Origin: an uncultured Chloroflexia bacterium
Lineage (GTDB): Bacteria > Chloroflexota > Limnocylindria > QHBO01
DNA length: 64,000 nt
Reading direction: 5' to 3'
NCBI GenBank assembly: GCA_963825525.1
Contig: CAWGTN010000002.1
Coordinates: forward strand, 64,001 to 128,000
Position 1 is the first letter of the stretch; each line of letters opens with the position of its first letter. A model generated the notes under the pieces. That model saw only the letters and a list, made by a program, of their open reading frames with translations. It was not told the DNA's origin and did no database searches. Below are positions 9,916 to 22,476 of this stretch, piece after piece. Position numbers and translations under genes: made by a program.

Positions 9916-12900
9916 ATGTCGTCGGCTGCCCACCGTCGTACGAGCCGTCCTGCGCTCGTCGTACTGCAGATCCTGGTCTTCGTCACGTACATCTTTGGTC
10001 CGACGTCGACGCTCGCCGAGGAGCCGATCATCGAGCCGACGCCGACCGAATCGGCCGCGCCCGAAGTGACGCCGGACCCGACGCCCGACCCGACGGTCGC
10101 GCCGACCGAGGAGCCTGCAGCGACGCCTGACCCGACCGCGACCCCAGCCCCGGTCGATCCGGATCCCACCCCTGATCCGACGCCCGACCCGACCCCCGAA
10201 CCCGTCGCGCCGACCACCCCCGGCACGCGCCCCTACATCGTCACCTTCTCCCCCGGGACTGATGCATCCCGCCAGGTCGAGATCCTCTCCAACGTTGGCG
10301 TCACCGACGAGAGCGCCATCCCGCAGCTCGCCATTCGCAGCGTCCTCCTCCACGAGACCGAGTACGCCGATGAGCTGACCGCCCTGCGCGCCTACCCCGA
10401 GGTGGAGCGGGTCGAGCTCGACCGCACCCGCGCCGTGGAAGCCGCCCCGTCCGACACCTCGTTCGCCGATCAGTGGTCGCTTGGCCAGATCGGCTGGAAC
10501 GACCTGTACGGCACCGTCTCCATCGGCGGCTCATCCGTGGTCGCCATCCTTGACACCGGCGTCGATGCCGGCCACCCGGACCTCGACGGCGTCGTCCTGC
10601 CCGGGTACTCCGTCCTGGGCGGCAGCGCCCTGACTGATCCGAACGGCCACGGCACCTGGATGGCCGGCATCGTGGCGGCCGAGACCGATAACGGCACCGG
10701 CATCGCCGGAACCGCCTACGCGGGCGTCTCCGTGCTGCCCGTCACCGTCCTGGGCGCCGATGGCACCGGACAGGACAGCGACATCATCGCGGGCGTCGTG
10801 TACGCCGCCGATGCGGGCGCCGACGTCATCCTCATGAGCTTCAGCAACCCCGGCTACTCGGCTGCCCTCCAGGCGGCCATCGACTACGCCTGGTCGTCGG
10901 GCGCCGTCCTGGTTGCCGCCACCGGCAACGACGGCTCGTCCGCCGCCACCTTCCCGGCCGGCGACCGCGGCGTCATCGGCGTCGCGTCGACCGACGCCGC
11001 CGATGCACTCGCCGCGGGCTCGAACTACGGGCCGCCGCCTTCATGGCCGCCCCGGGCGAGGGGATCGTCACGACGTCGGTTGGTGGTGGCGTTGCCACCA
11101 TCTCCGGCACCTCGGCTGCCGCGGCCTCGGTCGCCGGCGCAGCTGCGCTGCTGTCGGCCAACGAGCCGTTCCTGTCGAATGGCGTCATCGTCTCGCGCCT
11201 GGCGCGCACCGCCGATCCGGCGGGGGATCCGGCTGCAGACCGGCAACGGGCGACTCAACCTGGCCCGCGCCATGGCCGATGCCTCGACCGATTCGGTTCA
11301 GCCGGCAGGCGCCGCCCCGGTTGGGGACGGGGGACCGCTGGTGGGGCCGTATGTGGCAGCGGCGCCCGCAACTGGACTACTGACCTTCGGCGGCACCGGA
11401 TCCGGCTCGGTGACCATCACCCCGAGTGCACGGGACGATCGATGCCCCCACTTCATGCGGCGGAAGTCGGATCCGGCGCTGTATCCCGACGGTGACTTCC
11501 ACATGGTTCTGCCGAATCGATCTCCACCTCCTGGCCAACGGCGCTACGATCACGTTCAGCGCCACGGCGGACGGTGGCTCGACATTTGCTGGCTGGAGCG
11601 CAGCTAGCGGAGCGAGCACTAACACCGTGCACGAATACCAGCCCGGACATCGACAAATCCATGCAGTTCGGTGTTCGGATCCGGACGGCGACACTCGCCG
11701 TCGACAGTTCAATGCTGCGGCAGTGAACGCCGTCCGGTCAACAGCGTGCCCGCGCGCACAACGTCACGAACGAGGACACCGATCCGAGTCTTCATCGTCG
11801 GGCAACTCGAATCAGATCAGCGTCAGTGATCCGGATGTGGGCGGCGGCACGATGCAGGTCACGCTGACCTGCGACAAACGGCACGCTTACCCTCGGCTCG
11901 ATGCCACCGGCCTTAGCTTGAGCTTCAGCGATCGCCAACGGTACCGGAGCCGGTGACGGCACGGCCGATCGTCACGATGACCTTCCGCGGCACTCTCGCC
12001 CAGGTCAACGCCGCACTGGCCAGCCGTCACCTACATCCCGAACGCGAACTACTACGGCTCAGCGATCACTTCACGCATCACGAGTCAACGACCGGCAAAC
12101 GGTCGGATGTGCCAAGACCGATACGGATGTCGTGGCGATCACCGTCAACTCGGTCAACGACGCGCCGTCGTTCATGAAGGGCGCCAACCAGACGGTCAAC
12201 GAGGATGCCGGGCGCGCAGAGCGTCGTCAGGCTGGGCCACGGCGATCAGCGCCGGACCGGCCAACGAGTCGAGCCAGGTCGTCGACTTCATCGTCAGCAA
12301 TGACAACAACGCGCTGTTCAGCACCCAGCCGGCGGTCGCCGCCAACGGGACGCTGACCTACACCCCGGCCGCCAATGCCTTCGGCTCGGCGACGGTCATC
12401 TGTCCAGATCCATGACAACGGCGGCACCACCAACGGCGGCGTCAACACCAGCGCCGCGCAGACCTTCACCATCACCGTCAACTCGGTCAACGACGCGCCG
12501 ACCTTCACCAAGGGCGCCAACCAGACGGTCAACGAGGATGCGGGCGCGCAGAGCGTCTCAGGCTGGGCCACGGCGATCAGCGCCGGACCGGCCAACGAGT
12601 CGGGCCAGGTCGTCGACTTCATCGTCAGCAATGACAACAACGCCCTGTTCAGCACCCAGCCGGCGGTCGCCGCCAACGGGACGCTGACCTACACCCCGGC
12701 CGCCAATGCCTACGGCTCGGCGACCGTGACCGTCCAGATCCATGACAACGGCGGCATCGCCAACGGCGGCGTCAACACCAGCGCCACGCAGACCTTCACC
12801 ATCACCGTCAACGCGGTCAACGACGCTCCGTCGTTTGTGAAGGGCGCCGATCAGACCGTCGCCGAAGATGCCGGCATCCAGGTTGTCCCGAACTGGGCGA

Positions 12901-15900
12901 CCTTCATCAGCGCCGGACCGGGCAACGAGTCGTCCCAGGTGGTGACCTTCCAGATCACCGGCAACACCAATGCTTCGCTCTTCTCGGTGCTCCCAGCCGT
13001 CTCAACAGACGGAACGTTGAGCTACACCCCGGCTGCGGACGCATCGGGCAGCGCGACGATCACCCTGAACGCCAAGGATGACGGCGGCGTCGCCAATGGC
13101 GGCGTCGACGTGAGCCCATCGCAGACATTCACGATCACGGTGGACGCCGTCAACGACGCCCCCGTCGCGGTCGATGACGACTACGCCACCGACGAGGACA
13201 CCCTGCTGAGCGTTGACGCGCCAGGCGTGCTCGGGAACGACACCGACATCGATGGCGGACCGCTGACCGCGGTGCTGGTCGCCGGCCCGTCGAATGGCTT
13301 CCTGACGCTCAACGCCGACGGCAGCTTCGACTACACCCCGAACCTCAACTTCAACGGCACGGACAGCTTCACGTATCGCGCATTCGACGGATCGGCGAAC
13401 TCCAACGTCGCCACCGTCGATATCACGGTCAATGCCGTCAACGACGCCCCGGTCTGTGTCGCCGATTCGGGCTCGACCAACGAGGACGTGGCCCTGGTTG
13501 ACAGCGTCACCTGCACCGATGTCGACAGCGGCAGCCTCAGCTACGTGGTCATCGACGACGTCGCCAACGGCATGCTGTCCTTCGCCGCGAACGGCTCGTT
13601 CACCTACACGCCTGACGCGGACTTCAACGGCACCGATGGCTTCACCTTTAGCGCATCGGACGGCCTTCTGAGCTCCAACACCGTCGCTGTACACCATCAC
13701 CGTCAACCCGGTCAACGACGCCCCCGTGGCCGATGACGACGCCTATTCGACCGATGAGGACACGAGTCTCATCGTGGCCGCGCCTGGCGTACTCGGCAAC
13801 GACACCGACATCGAAAACGACGCGCTGACGCCCGTCCTGGTGACCGGCCCGGCGGATGGCAGCCTCACGCTCAACGCGACGGCAGCTTCACCTACACGCC
13901 CGACGCCGACTTCAACGGCACGGACAGCTTCACCTACATGGCCAACGACGGCGCGCTCGACTCGAACGTCGCGACCGTCACCATCACCGTCAACCCGGTC
14001 AACGACGCCCCCGTGGCCGATGACGACGCCTATTCGACCGATGAGGACACGAGTCTCATCGTGGCCGCGCCCGGCGTCCTCGGCAACGACACCGACACCG
14101 ACGGCGACGCGCTGACCGCCGTCCTGGTGACCGGCCCGGCCAATGGCAGCCTCACGCTCAACGCGAATGGCAGCTTCACCTACACGCCCGATGCCGACTT
14201 CAACGGCACGGACAGCTTCACCTACGTTGCGAATGACGGTGACCTCGACTCCAACGTGGCAACCGTCACGCTGACGATCGACCCGGTCAACGACGCGCCG
14301 ACATGCGACGATCCGCAGAGCGACAGTACCGATGAGGACACCACCCTCAACGGCGCCGTGCTCTGCGACGACATCGACGCCAACACGCTGACCTACAGCC
14401 TGGTCGCCGACGTCAGCAACGGGAGCCTGACCTTCAATCCCGACGGCACCTTCAGCTACAGCCCGGATGCCGACTTCAACGGCGCCGACAGTTTCACCTT
14501 CCACGCCAACGACGAGGGGCTCGACTCCAACACCGCCACCTTTAACATCACCGTCAACGCGGTCAACGACGCGCCGGAGTGCGTGAGCGACAGCGGAACG
14601 ACCGATGAGGACACGCAATTGTCCGGCTCGGTGGTGTGCTCGGACGTCGACGGCGACGCGCTTACCGTCTTGCTCGACGACGGCGTTGCCAACGGCAGCC
14701 TTAGCTTCTTCGCATCGGGCAGCTTCACCTACACGCCTGACCCGAACTTCAATGGCACAGACGACTTCACCTTCCATGCCTACGACGGCTTGCTCAACTC
14801 GGGCTTGGCCAGTTACAACATCACCGTCATCGCAGTCAACGACATCCCCGACGCGGTCGATGATGTCGACGATGCCGACGAGGATGGCCCGGCCATCACC
14901 ATCGACGTGCTGGCCAACGACAGCGACGCCGACCTGAGTGACGTGCTCAGCGTCGACAGCCTCAACACCACCGGCACGCTCGGCAGCGTCACCAACAACG
15001 GCACCGACGTGACCTACGATCCGAACGGCGCGTTCGAGTCGCTGGCCGTCGGCGAGACCGCCACCGACACCTTCAGCTACACCATCACCGACGGCCAGGG
15101 TGGCTTCGACACCGCCACCGTGACGGTCACCATCCACGGCCAGAACGACATCCCCGACGCGGTCGACGATGTCGACGATGCCGACGAGGATGGCCCGGCC
15201 ATCACCATCGACGTGCTGGCCAACGACAGCGACGCCGACCTGAGTGACGTGCTCAGCGTCGACAGCCTCAACACCGGCGGCACGCTCGGCAGCGTCACCA
15301 ACAACGGCACCGACGTGACCTACGACCCGAACGGCGCGTTCGAGTCCCTGGCCGTCGGCGAGACCGCCACCGACACCTTCAGCTACACCATCACCGACGG
15401 CCAGGGTGGCTTCGACACCGCCACCGTGACGGTCACCATCCACGGCCAGAACGACATCCCCGACGCGGTCGATGATGTCGACGATGCCGACGAGGATGGC
15501 CCGGCCATCACCATCGACGTGCTGGCCAACGACAGCGACGCCGACCTGAGTGACGTGCTCAGCGTCGACAGCCTCAACACCGGCGCCACGCTCGGCAGCG
15601 TCACCAACAACGGCACCGACGTGACCTACGACCCGAACGGCGCGTTCGAGTCGCTGGCCGTCGGCGAGACCGCCACCGACACCTTCAGCTACACCATCAC
15701 CGACGGCCAGGGTGGCTTCGACACCGCCACCGTGACGGTCACCATCCACGGCCAGAACGACATCCCCGACGCGGTCGATGATGTCGACGATGCCGACGAG
15801 GATGGCCCGGCCATCACCATCGACGTGCTGGCCAACGACAGCGACGCCGACCTGAGTGACGTGCTCAGCGTCGACAGCCTCAACACCCCGGCACGCTCGG

Positions 15901-18900
15901 CAGCGTCACCAACAACGGCACCGACGTGACCTACGACCCGAACGGCGCGTTCGAGTCCCTGGCCGTCGGCGAGACCGCCACCGACACCTTCAGCTACACC
16001 ATCACCGACGGCCAGGGTGGCTTCGACACCGCCACCGTGACGGTCACCATCCACGGCCAGAACGACATCCCCGACGCGGTCGATGATGTCGACGATGCCG
16101 ACGAGGATGGCCCGGCCATCACCATCGACGTGCTGGCCAACGACAGCGACGCCGACCTGAGTGACGTGCTCAGCGTCGACAGCCTCAACACCGCGCACGC
16201 TCGGCAGCGTCACCAACAACGGCACCGACGTGACCTACGACCCGAACGGCGCGTTCGAGTCGCTGGCCGTCGGCGAGACCGCCACCGACACCTTCAGCTA
16301 CACCATCACCGACGGCCAGGGTGGCTATCGACACCGCCACCGTGACGGTCACCATCCACGGCCAGAACGACATCCCCGACGCGGTCGATGATGTCGACGA
16401 CGCCGACGAGGATGGCCCGGCCATCACCATCGACGTGCTGGCCAACGACAGCGACGCCGACCTGAGTGACGTGCTCAGCGTCGACAGCCTCAACACCACC
16501 GCCACGCTCGGCAGCGTCACCAACAACGGCACCGACGTGACCTACGACCCGAACGGCGCGTTCGAGTCGCTGGCCGTCGGCGAGACCGCCACCGACACTT
16601 CAGCTACACCATCACCGACGGCCAGGGTGGCTTCGACACCGCCACCGTGACGGTCACCATCCACGGCCAGAACGACATCCCCGACGCGGTCGATGATGTC
16701 GACGATGCCGACGAGGATGGCCCGGCCATCACCATCGACGTGCTGGCCAACGACAGCGACGCCGACCTGAGTGACGTGCTCAGCGTCGACAGCCTCAACA
16801 CCAGCGCCACGCTCGGCAGCGTCACCAACAACGGCACCGACGTGACCTACGACCCGAACGGCGCGTTCGAGTCGCTGGCCGTCGGCGAGACCGCCACCGA
16901 CACGCTTCAGCTACACCATCACCGACGGCCAGGGTGCCTTCGACACCGCCACCGTGACGGTCACCATCCACGGCCAGAACGACATCCCCGACGCGGTCGA
17001 TGATGTCGACGATGCCGACGAGGATGGCCCGGCCATCACCATCGACGTGCTGGCCAACGACAGCGACGCCGACCTGAGTGACGTGCTCAGCGTCGACAGC
17101 CTCAACACCACCGCCACGCTCGGCAGCGTCACCAACAACGGCACCGACGTGACCTACGACCCGAACGGCGCGTTCGAGTCGCTGGCCGTCGGCGAGACCG
17201 CCACCGACACCTTCAGCTACACCATCACCGACGGCCAGGGTGGCTTCGACACCGCCACCGTGACGGTCACCATCCACGGCCAGAACGACATCCCCGACGC
17301 GGTCGATGATGTCGACGATGCCGACGAGGATGGCCCGGCCATCAACATCGACGTGCTGGCCAACGACAGCGACGCCGACCTGAGTGACGTGCTCAGCGTC
17401 GACAGCCTCAACACCACCGCCACGCTCGGCAGCGTCACCAACAACGGCACCGACGTGACCTACGACCCGAACGGCGCGTTCGAGTCCCTGGCCGTCGGCG
17501 AGACCGCCACCGACACCTTCAGCTACACCATCACCGACGGCCAGGGTGGCTTCGACACCGCCACCGTGACGGTCACCATCCACGGCCAGAACGACATCCC
17601 CGACGCGGTCGATGATGTCGACGATGCCGACGAGGATGGCCCGGCCATCACATCGACGTGCTGGCCAACGACAGCGACGCCGACCTGAGTGACGTGCTCA
17701 GCGTCGACAGCCTCAACACCACCGCCACGCTCGGCAGCGTCACCAACAACGGCACCGACGTGACCTACGACCCGAACGGCGCGTTCGAGTCCCTGGCCGT
17801 CGGCGAGACCGCCACCGACACGCTTCAGCTACACCATCACCGACGGCCAGGGTGGCTTCGACACCGCCACCGTGACGGTCACCATCCACGGCCAGAACGA
17901 CATCCCCGACGCGGTCGATGATGTCGACGATGCCGACGAGGATGGCCCGGCCATCACCATCGACGTGCTGGCCAACGACAGCGACGCCGACCTGAGTGAC
18001 GTGCTCAGCGTCGACAGCCTCAACACCACCGGCACGCTCGGCAGCGTCACCAACAACGGCACCGACGTGACCTACGACCCGAACGGCGCGTTCGAGTCGC
18101 TGGCCGTCGGCGAGACCGCCACCGACACCTTCAGCTACACCATCACCGACGGCCAGGGCGGCTATGACACCGCCACCGTGACGGTCACCATCCACGGTCA
18201 GAACGATGCGCCGACTGTTCAGGCTGGAGAAGATCTTGCCGGTGGCAGGGCTCCGCTGTCAGCCTGGCCTCCGCCACCTTTGCGGACGTCGACGTCAGTG
18301 ACACGCACACCGCCACAATCGACTGGGGCGACGTGACGCCGGTCGAGGTCGGAATCGTCAACCAATCGGCTGACACCGTTGCCGGCTCGCACGTCTATGC
18401 CGACAACGGTGTCTACACTGTGACCGTCTGCGTGACTGATGACAGTGGTGCAGAGACCTGCGACTCGCTCATCGCGACCATCAACAACGTGGCGCCGGTG
18501 GCGCCAAGCACGCCAAGCCTGGTCTCGCCGGCAAACGGCGCGATCACGAACGACAACACGCCGACCTTCGATTGGACCGATTCCACCGATCCGGCCGGCG
18601 CCAACGACACGATCACGTACTCGCTCCAGGTCGACAACAACGGATGCACCTTCCCGAGCCCGGAGATCAACGAGAGCGGGCTGAGCGCATCCACATACAC
18701 GCCGGGCATCGGCATTCCGGACAGCAATGCCTACTGCTGGCGCGTGTGGGCCTCCGACGAGGACGGCGGCATCGGCGCCTACAGTGCCACCCGCACCCTC
18801 ACCGTCGACGCAACGGCACCGACCGTCACGATCACGTTCCCCGTGAACGGCGGCACGTACAGCGAGACGACCTGGATCAACGGCTGCATGCCGCTGACCG

Positions 18901-19568
18901 GTGAGTTCTGCGGCTCGGCAAGCGATCCGACTTCTGGCATCAACGTGACCGAGGTCAGCATCAAGCAGGTCTCGACCGGCATGTACTGGAACGGCACGGC
19001 CTTCGCCAGCACGACCGAGGTCCTGTTCCCGGTCGGGAACGGCGGCACGTGGCTCAAGATGTTCGCCTACAGCAGCTTCCCGAGCACCGGCCAGTACACG
19101 ATCCGCGCGAAGACGACCGACAACGCCACGAACACGTCGACGACGTCGGTGACCTTCCAGCTGAATCGGTACACGCTGGACTACCAGTCGCCGATCGACG
19201 ATTCGACGCCGACCGCGATCGTGCTCAACACGGGTAAGAACGGCAGGGTCATCCCGGTCAAGATCCGGGTGTACCTGGAGGGCGTGAACCAGAGCAGCAC
19301 GCAGATCGCACAGGGCCGTCTCGAGATCAACGTCAACCCGACCAACTGCTCGACGGCGGCGGTCATGGACGGAGTTGAGCTCTACTCCGATGCCGGCGCA
19401 TCGAATGGCAACACCAACGATTTCCGCCCGACCGGTGACCACTGGATCTACAACCTCGATACGAAGGCGCTGGGCCTCGTGACGAACCAGTGCTATCGGC
19501 TGGATGTCTATCTCGATGGCGTCCGCATCTCGACCCAGCAGTTCGCGATCTTCAAGCCGACGAAGTAG
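9916..19568 (+). CDS. Giant secreted S8 subtilisin + cadherin/Ig-like (tandem-95/VCBS-type) repeat adhesin with C-terminal PKD-, FN3- and PxKF-like domains; ~3200 aa once many indels are corrected
   Basis: Signal peptide, PT-rich linker, triad [18 protein letters not shown], many VNDAP..EDT Ig repeats, IDWGD..HVYADNG PKD motif, [14 protein letters not shown]-terminus; consecutive ORFs continue across frames. Confidence 0.85.
14838..18201 (+). repeat. Eleven tandem near-identical ~306-bp (102-aa) Ig-like/VCBS-type repeats
   Basis: Unit AACGACATCCCCGACGCGGTC starts at 14838, 15144, 15450, 15756, 16061, 16366, 16671, 16978, 17284, 17590 and 17896. Confidence 0.97.
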
Positions 19569-19585
19569 GACACCTCCTTCGAATG

Positions 19586-19620
19586 CGAGCGGGCCGGTCC
19601 CCAGGGGGCCGGCTCGTTCG
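19586..19620 (+). terminator. GC-rich hairpin after the adhesin stop codon
   Basis: CGAGCGGGCCGGTCCC-CA-GGGGGCCGGCTCGTTCG; no strong U tract. Confidence 0.6.
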
Positions 19621-19646
19621 ACGTCCGGGCGCGTAGCATCGGCGGC

Positions 19647-20753
19647 ATGAAGATGCGCGGTGCCGTGTTCCTGGGACCCGACCAACCGATCCGGATCGAG
19701 GAGCTTGAGCTCGATCCCCCCGGACCGGGGGAGGTGCTCGTTCGCATGGCCGCGGCCGGCGTCTGTCACTCGGACCTGCACGTCGTGGATGGGGAGTGGG
19801 ACCGTCCGACCGGCGTCGTGCTCGGTCACGAGGGCGCCGCTGTGGTCGAGCAGCTGGGACCAGGCGTGGGAAGCCTTGAGCTCGGCGACCTTGTCGTCCT
19901 GGCCTGGACCGCGCCCTGCGGCACCTGCCCAGCCTGCGCGCGCTCCGAACCGTGGCTGTGCAGCCGGCCCGATGGCAGCGGCCACCGCCTCGGCAAGGAC
20001 CTGGCGCGACTCCATCGCGCTGATGGAACGGCAGTCGGCGCATATTCGGGGATCGGCACCTTCGGGACGCACCAGGTCGTGGCTGCGTCGGCGGCAATCA
20101 AGATCGACCCCGCAACGCCGCCGGAGGTTGCTGCGCTCATCGGCTGCGCGGTGACCACCGGGATCGGCGCGGTGCAGGAGACTGCGGGCGTGATGGCGGG
20201 GGAGTCGGTGGTTGTCATCGGCCTCGGAGGCGTGGGGCTCTCGGCGGTCATCGGCGCGGCCGATGCCGGCGCGCGCGAGATCACCGCCATCGATACCAAC
20301 CCGGAGAAGCTCGAGCTCGCTCGCCGCGTGGGCGCCACGCGAACGTTGAGATCCGATGAGGCCGGCCAGGCGACCGGCGCCGATCACGTCCTCGAGTGCA
20401 TCGGCCTCGTGGAGACCGTCGAGTTGGCGGTCGAGCTTGTTCGTCCTGGCGGGATCGTCACGCTGGTTGGGATGCCGCCGCAGGGCGCCCGGGCGAGCTT
20501 CGACGTGTATCGGCTGGTCGAGGACAGCAAGCAGATTCGCGGCTCGAACTACGGGTCGGCAGTGCCTGCCCGCGATTTTCCGAGCATCGCCGAGCGCTAC
20601 CGAGCCGGCCGGCTGCCGCTCGACGCGTTGATCACGGCGCGCATCGGTCTCGAGGACCTCGATGCGGCCTTCGAGGCCATGCGCCGCGGCGACGGTGCCC
20701 GCAGGGTGGTCGTCTACCCGACGGGCACGCCACATGCGGTACGTGAGCCATGA
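19647..20753 (+). CDS. Zinc-binding alcohol dehydrogenase (class III-like)
   Basis: GVCHSD, LGHEG, CGTCPAC....PWLC, IGCAVTTG, GLGGVG. Confidence 0.93.
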   Translation: MKMRGAVFLGPDQPIRIEELELDPPGPGEVLVRMAAAGVCHSDLHVVDGEWDRPTGVVLGHEGAAVVEQLGPGVGSLELGDLVVLAWTAPCGTCPACARSEPWLCSRPDGSGHRLGKDLARLHRADGTAVGAYSGIGTFGTHQVVAASAAIKIDPATPPEVAALIGCAVTTGIGAVQETAGVMAGESVVVIGLGGVGLSAVIGAADAGAREITAIDTNPEKLELARRVGATRTLRSDEAGQATGADHVLECIGLVETVELAVELVRPGGIVTLVGMPPQGARASFDVYRLVEDSKQIRGSNYGSAVPARDFPSIAERYRAGRLPLDALITARIGLEDLDAAFEAMRRGDGARRVVVYPTGTPHAVREP

Positions 20754-20959
20754 GTGACGCGCGACAGAGCCCCATCCCACAGGATCGGGTCAACGAGAAC
20801 ATCGACCAGGCGCAGCGCGCCAAGGACGGCAAGCAGGAGCTCGCCGAGCAGGAGCGCTACCTGAAGGATCAAGGCGTCGACGAGCGCCCGGGCACGAACC
20901 CGAAGGAGCAGCCCGGCCTGCCGGACGAGCCGAATAGTCCGGCCGAGGGTGGCGACTGA
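20750..20959 (+). CDS. Small acidic hydrophilic hypothetical protein, 69 aa
   Basis: ATGA overlap with the dehydrogenase gene; typical codon usage. Confidence 0.6.
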   Translation: MSDARQSPIPQDRVNENIDQAQRAKDGKQELAEQERYLKDQGVDERPGTNPKEQPGLPDEPNSPAEGGD

Positions 20960-21042
20960 GCCTTCCCGGACGCCAAACGAGCCCGGAGACGTCGCTCCGA
21001 GCTCGTGGCACGCGCCAATAGGCTGCCGGTGACGGTCAGCGA

Positions 21043-21837
21043 TCAGTCGTCGTCGGAGCCTTCGTCCTCGTCCTCGTCTTCGTCGTCTCCACCGCTGTGG
21101 CCCTTGCTCTCGCGCGCCTCGGCACGCTCCGCCTTGCGAGCCTCCTTTTCGGCCTTGCGGGCTTCTTTCTCTGCCGCCCTGGCCTCGGCGGCAGCAGCCT
21201 TGTCATCCCGCTTGGCGTCGGTGGCTTCGCCGTCATCGGCGTCCTCCTCCGAGTCATCAGCGCCCTCGTGGCAGGTGATCCGCGCCGCTTCGCTCACGGC
21301 ACCGCCGTGGTTGTCGTTCTTTCCGCCGACCGCATCCTTGTCATGGGCAACTTCCCGGACGCACGCGCCGTGTGAGCCGTCGCCGCTGGCCCCGGCATCC
21401 TCGTCATCGGGAGCATCCTCGGCCTCTTCGGCGTCCTCGTCCTCATCCTGGTCGTCGGCGTCGCACTGCTCGGAGTCGAGGACGGCGCCGAACGACTCCG
21501 TTGACGTCTCGGGATCAACCTCATCGACGTCACAGTCCTCGAGGTCACACTCCTCGGCAGCGTCGAGGTCATCGGCTTCCGCTTCGGCGGACTCGGTCGC
21601 ATCGGCCCCCGAATCCGAATCCTCGTCGTCTGCGTCACAGGCATCGGACTCGACTGCTTCCTCGTCGGCGTCCTGACCGGCGTCGAAGATCAGGCCGTGG
21701 ACAAACCCGGCGATTGTCTGGCCCCGCGTGCCATCGGAGGCGCCTGATGGCGCCGCACCAAAGGCAGCCGACACCGACAGCGTGACAAGAATGGCGCCAC
21801 CGACGATCGCCAGCCAGGTGTTGCGGAAGCGTTCCAT
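21043..21837 (-). CDS. Secreted highly acidic protein with HGxxV(S/R)ExA motifs
   Basis: Signal peptide MERFRNTWLAIVGG...SAAFG, D/E-rich body, GGAG RBS. Confidence 0.75.
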   Translation of the reverse strand: MERFRNTWLAIVGGAILVTLSVSAAFGAAPSGASDGTRGQTIAGFVHGLIFDAGQDADEEAVESDACDADDEDSDSGADATESAEAEADDLDAAEECDLEDCDVDEVDPETSTESFGAVLDSEQCDADDQDEDEDAEEAEDAPDDEDAGASGDGSHGACVREVAHDKDAVGGKNDNHGGAVSEAARITCHEGADDSEEDADDGEATDAKRDDKAAAAEARAAEKEARKAEKEARKAERAEARESKGHSGGDDEDEDEDEGSDDD

Positions 21838-22002
21838 GATCAATGACTCTCCTGTGCGGCGACGCGCGGGGCAGAGCGAGCGCCGCTGAGTGCCGGGTGC
21901 GTGGGCGCGCCCGAGCGATGTCCGAGAGAGTGTGCCACCCCTGCCCTGGCACGGGGCCCGTACATGCGTCCCTGGCCGTCCGGAAATGGTCCGTCCGTAC
22001 GC

Positions 22003-22464
22003 TCAGGCGGGCGGTCGACGCTGTGGGCGGTGCTTGCGAAGCAGGATGTCGATGGCGTCCCGATAGCGAGCGCCCGATGCGTGCCGACGCAGCCAGTCGA
22101 GGTAGTCAGGATCCCGACGGGCGATCTCGCCCAATGTCCAGCCCTGGTAGCGCCCGAAGTCCAGCCGGACGGCGTCACCATCCGCCCCCAGCGGCCCTCG
22201 CGGTGCGCCATGGGTGGCGTCCTCGGCCGGCGTGGGTGGGGGAGTGCGTCGTCGATCGGATTCCCAGGCCTGTCGCCTGACGGGATCCCGGACCACGGCA
22301 TACGCCCAGTTGAGGTCGACCATGCGGCGTTCGGCGTGCTCGTCCAGGGGTGCCCCGGCGTCGGGATGCGCCTTGCGCGCAAGCACTCGGTAGGCGGCCT
22401 GCATGACGTCCGGATCGGCGTCAGGCTGCACCTGGAGGATGCGGTATGGGTCGCGCCGCTCCAT
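22003..22464 (-). CDS. J-domain (DnaJ) protein with small C-terminal FGRYQG..L.EI...DPDYL.WL domain
   Basis: DPYRILQV...AAYRVLARKAHPD...LNWAYAVVRDP. Confidence 0.88.
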   Translation of the reverse strand: MERRDPYRILQVQPDADPDVMQAAYRVLARKAHPDAGAPLDEHAERRMVDLNWAYAVVRDPVRRQAWESDRRRTPPPTPAEDATHGAPRGPLGADGDAVRLDFGRYQGWTLGEIARRDPDYLDWLRRHASGARYRDAIDILLRKHRPQRRPPA

Positions 22465-22476
22465 GGCCCTGCCCGC

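Noticed and set aside
14838-18201. Regular repeats as a CRISPR array or DGR template/variable repeat
   Set aside because: Units are 306-bp in-frame coding repeats with no unique spacers, no cas or reverse transcriptase gene is present, and the variation is not adenine-specific
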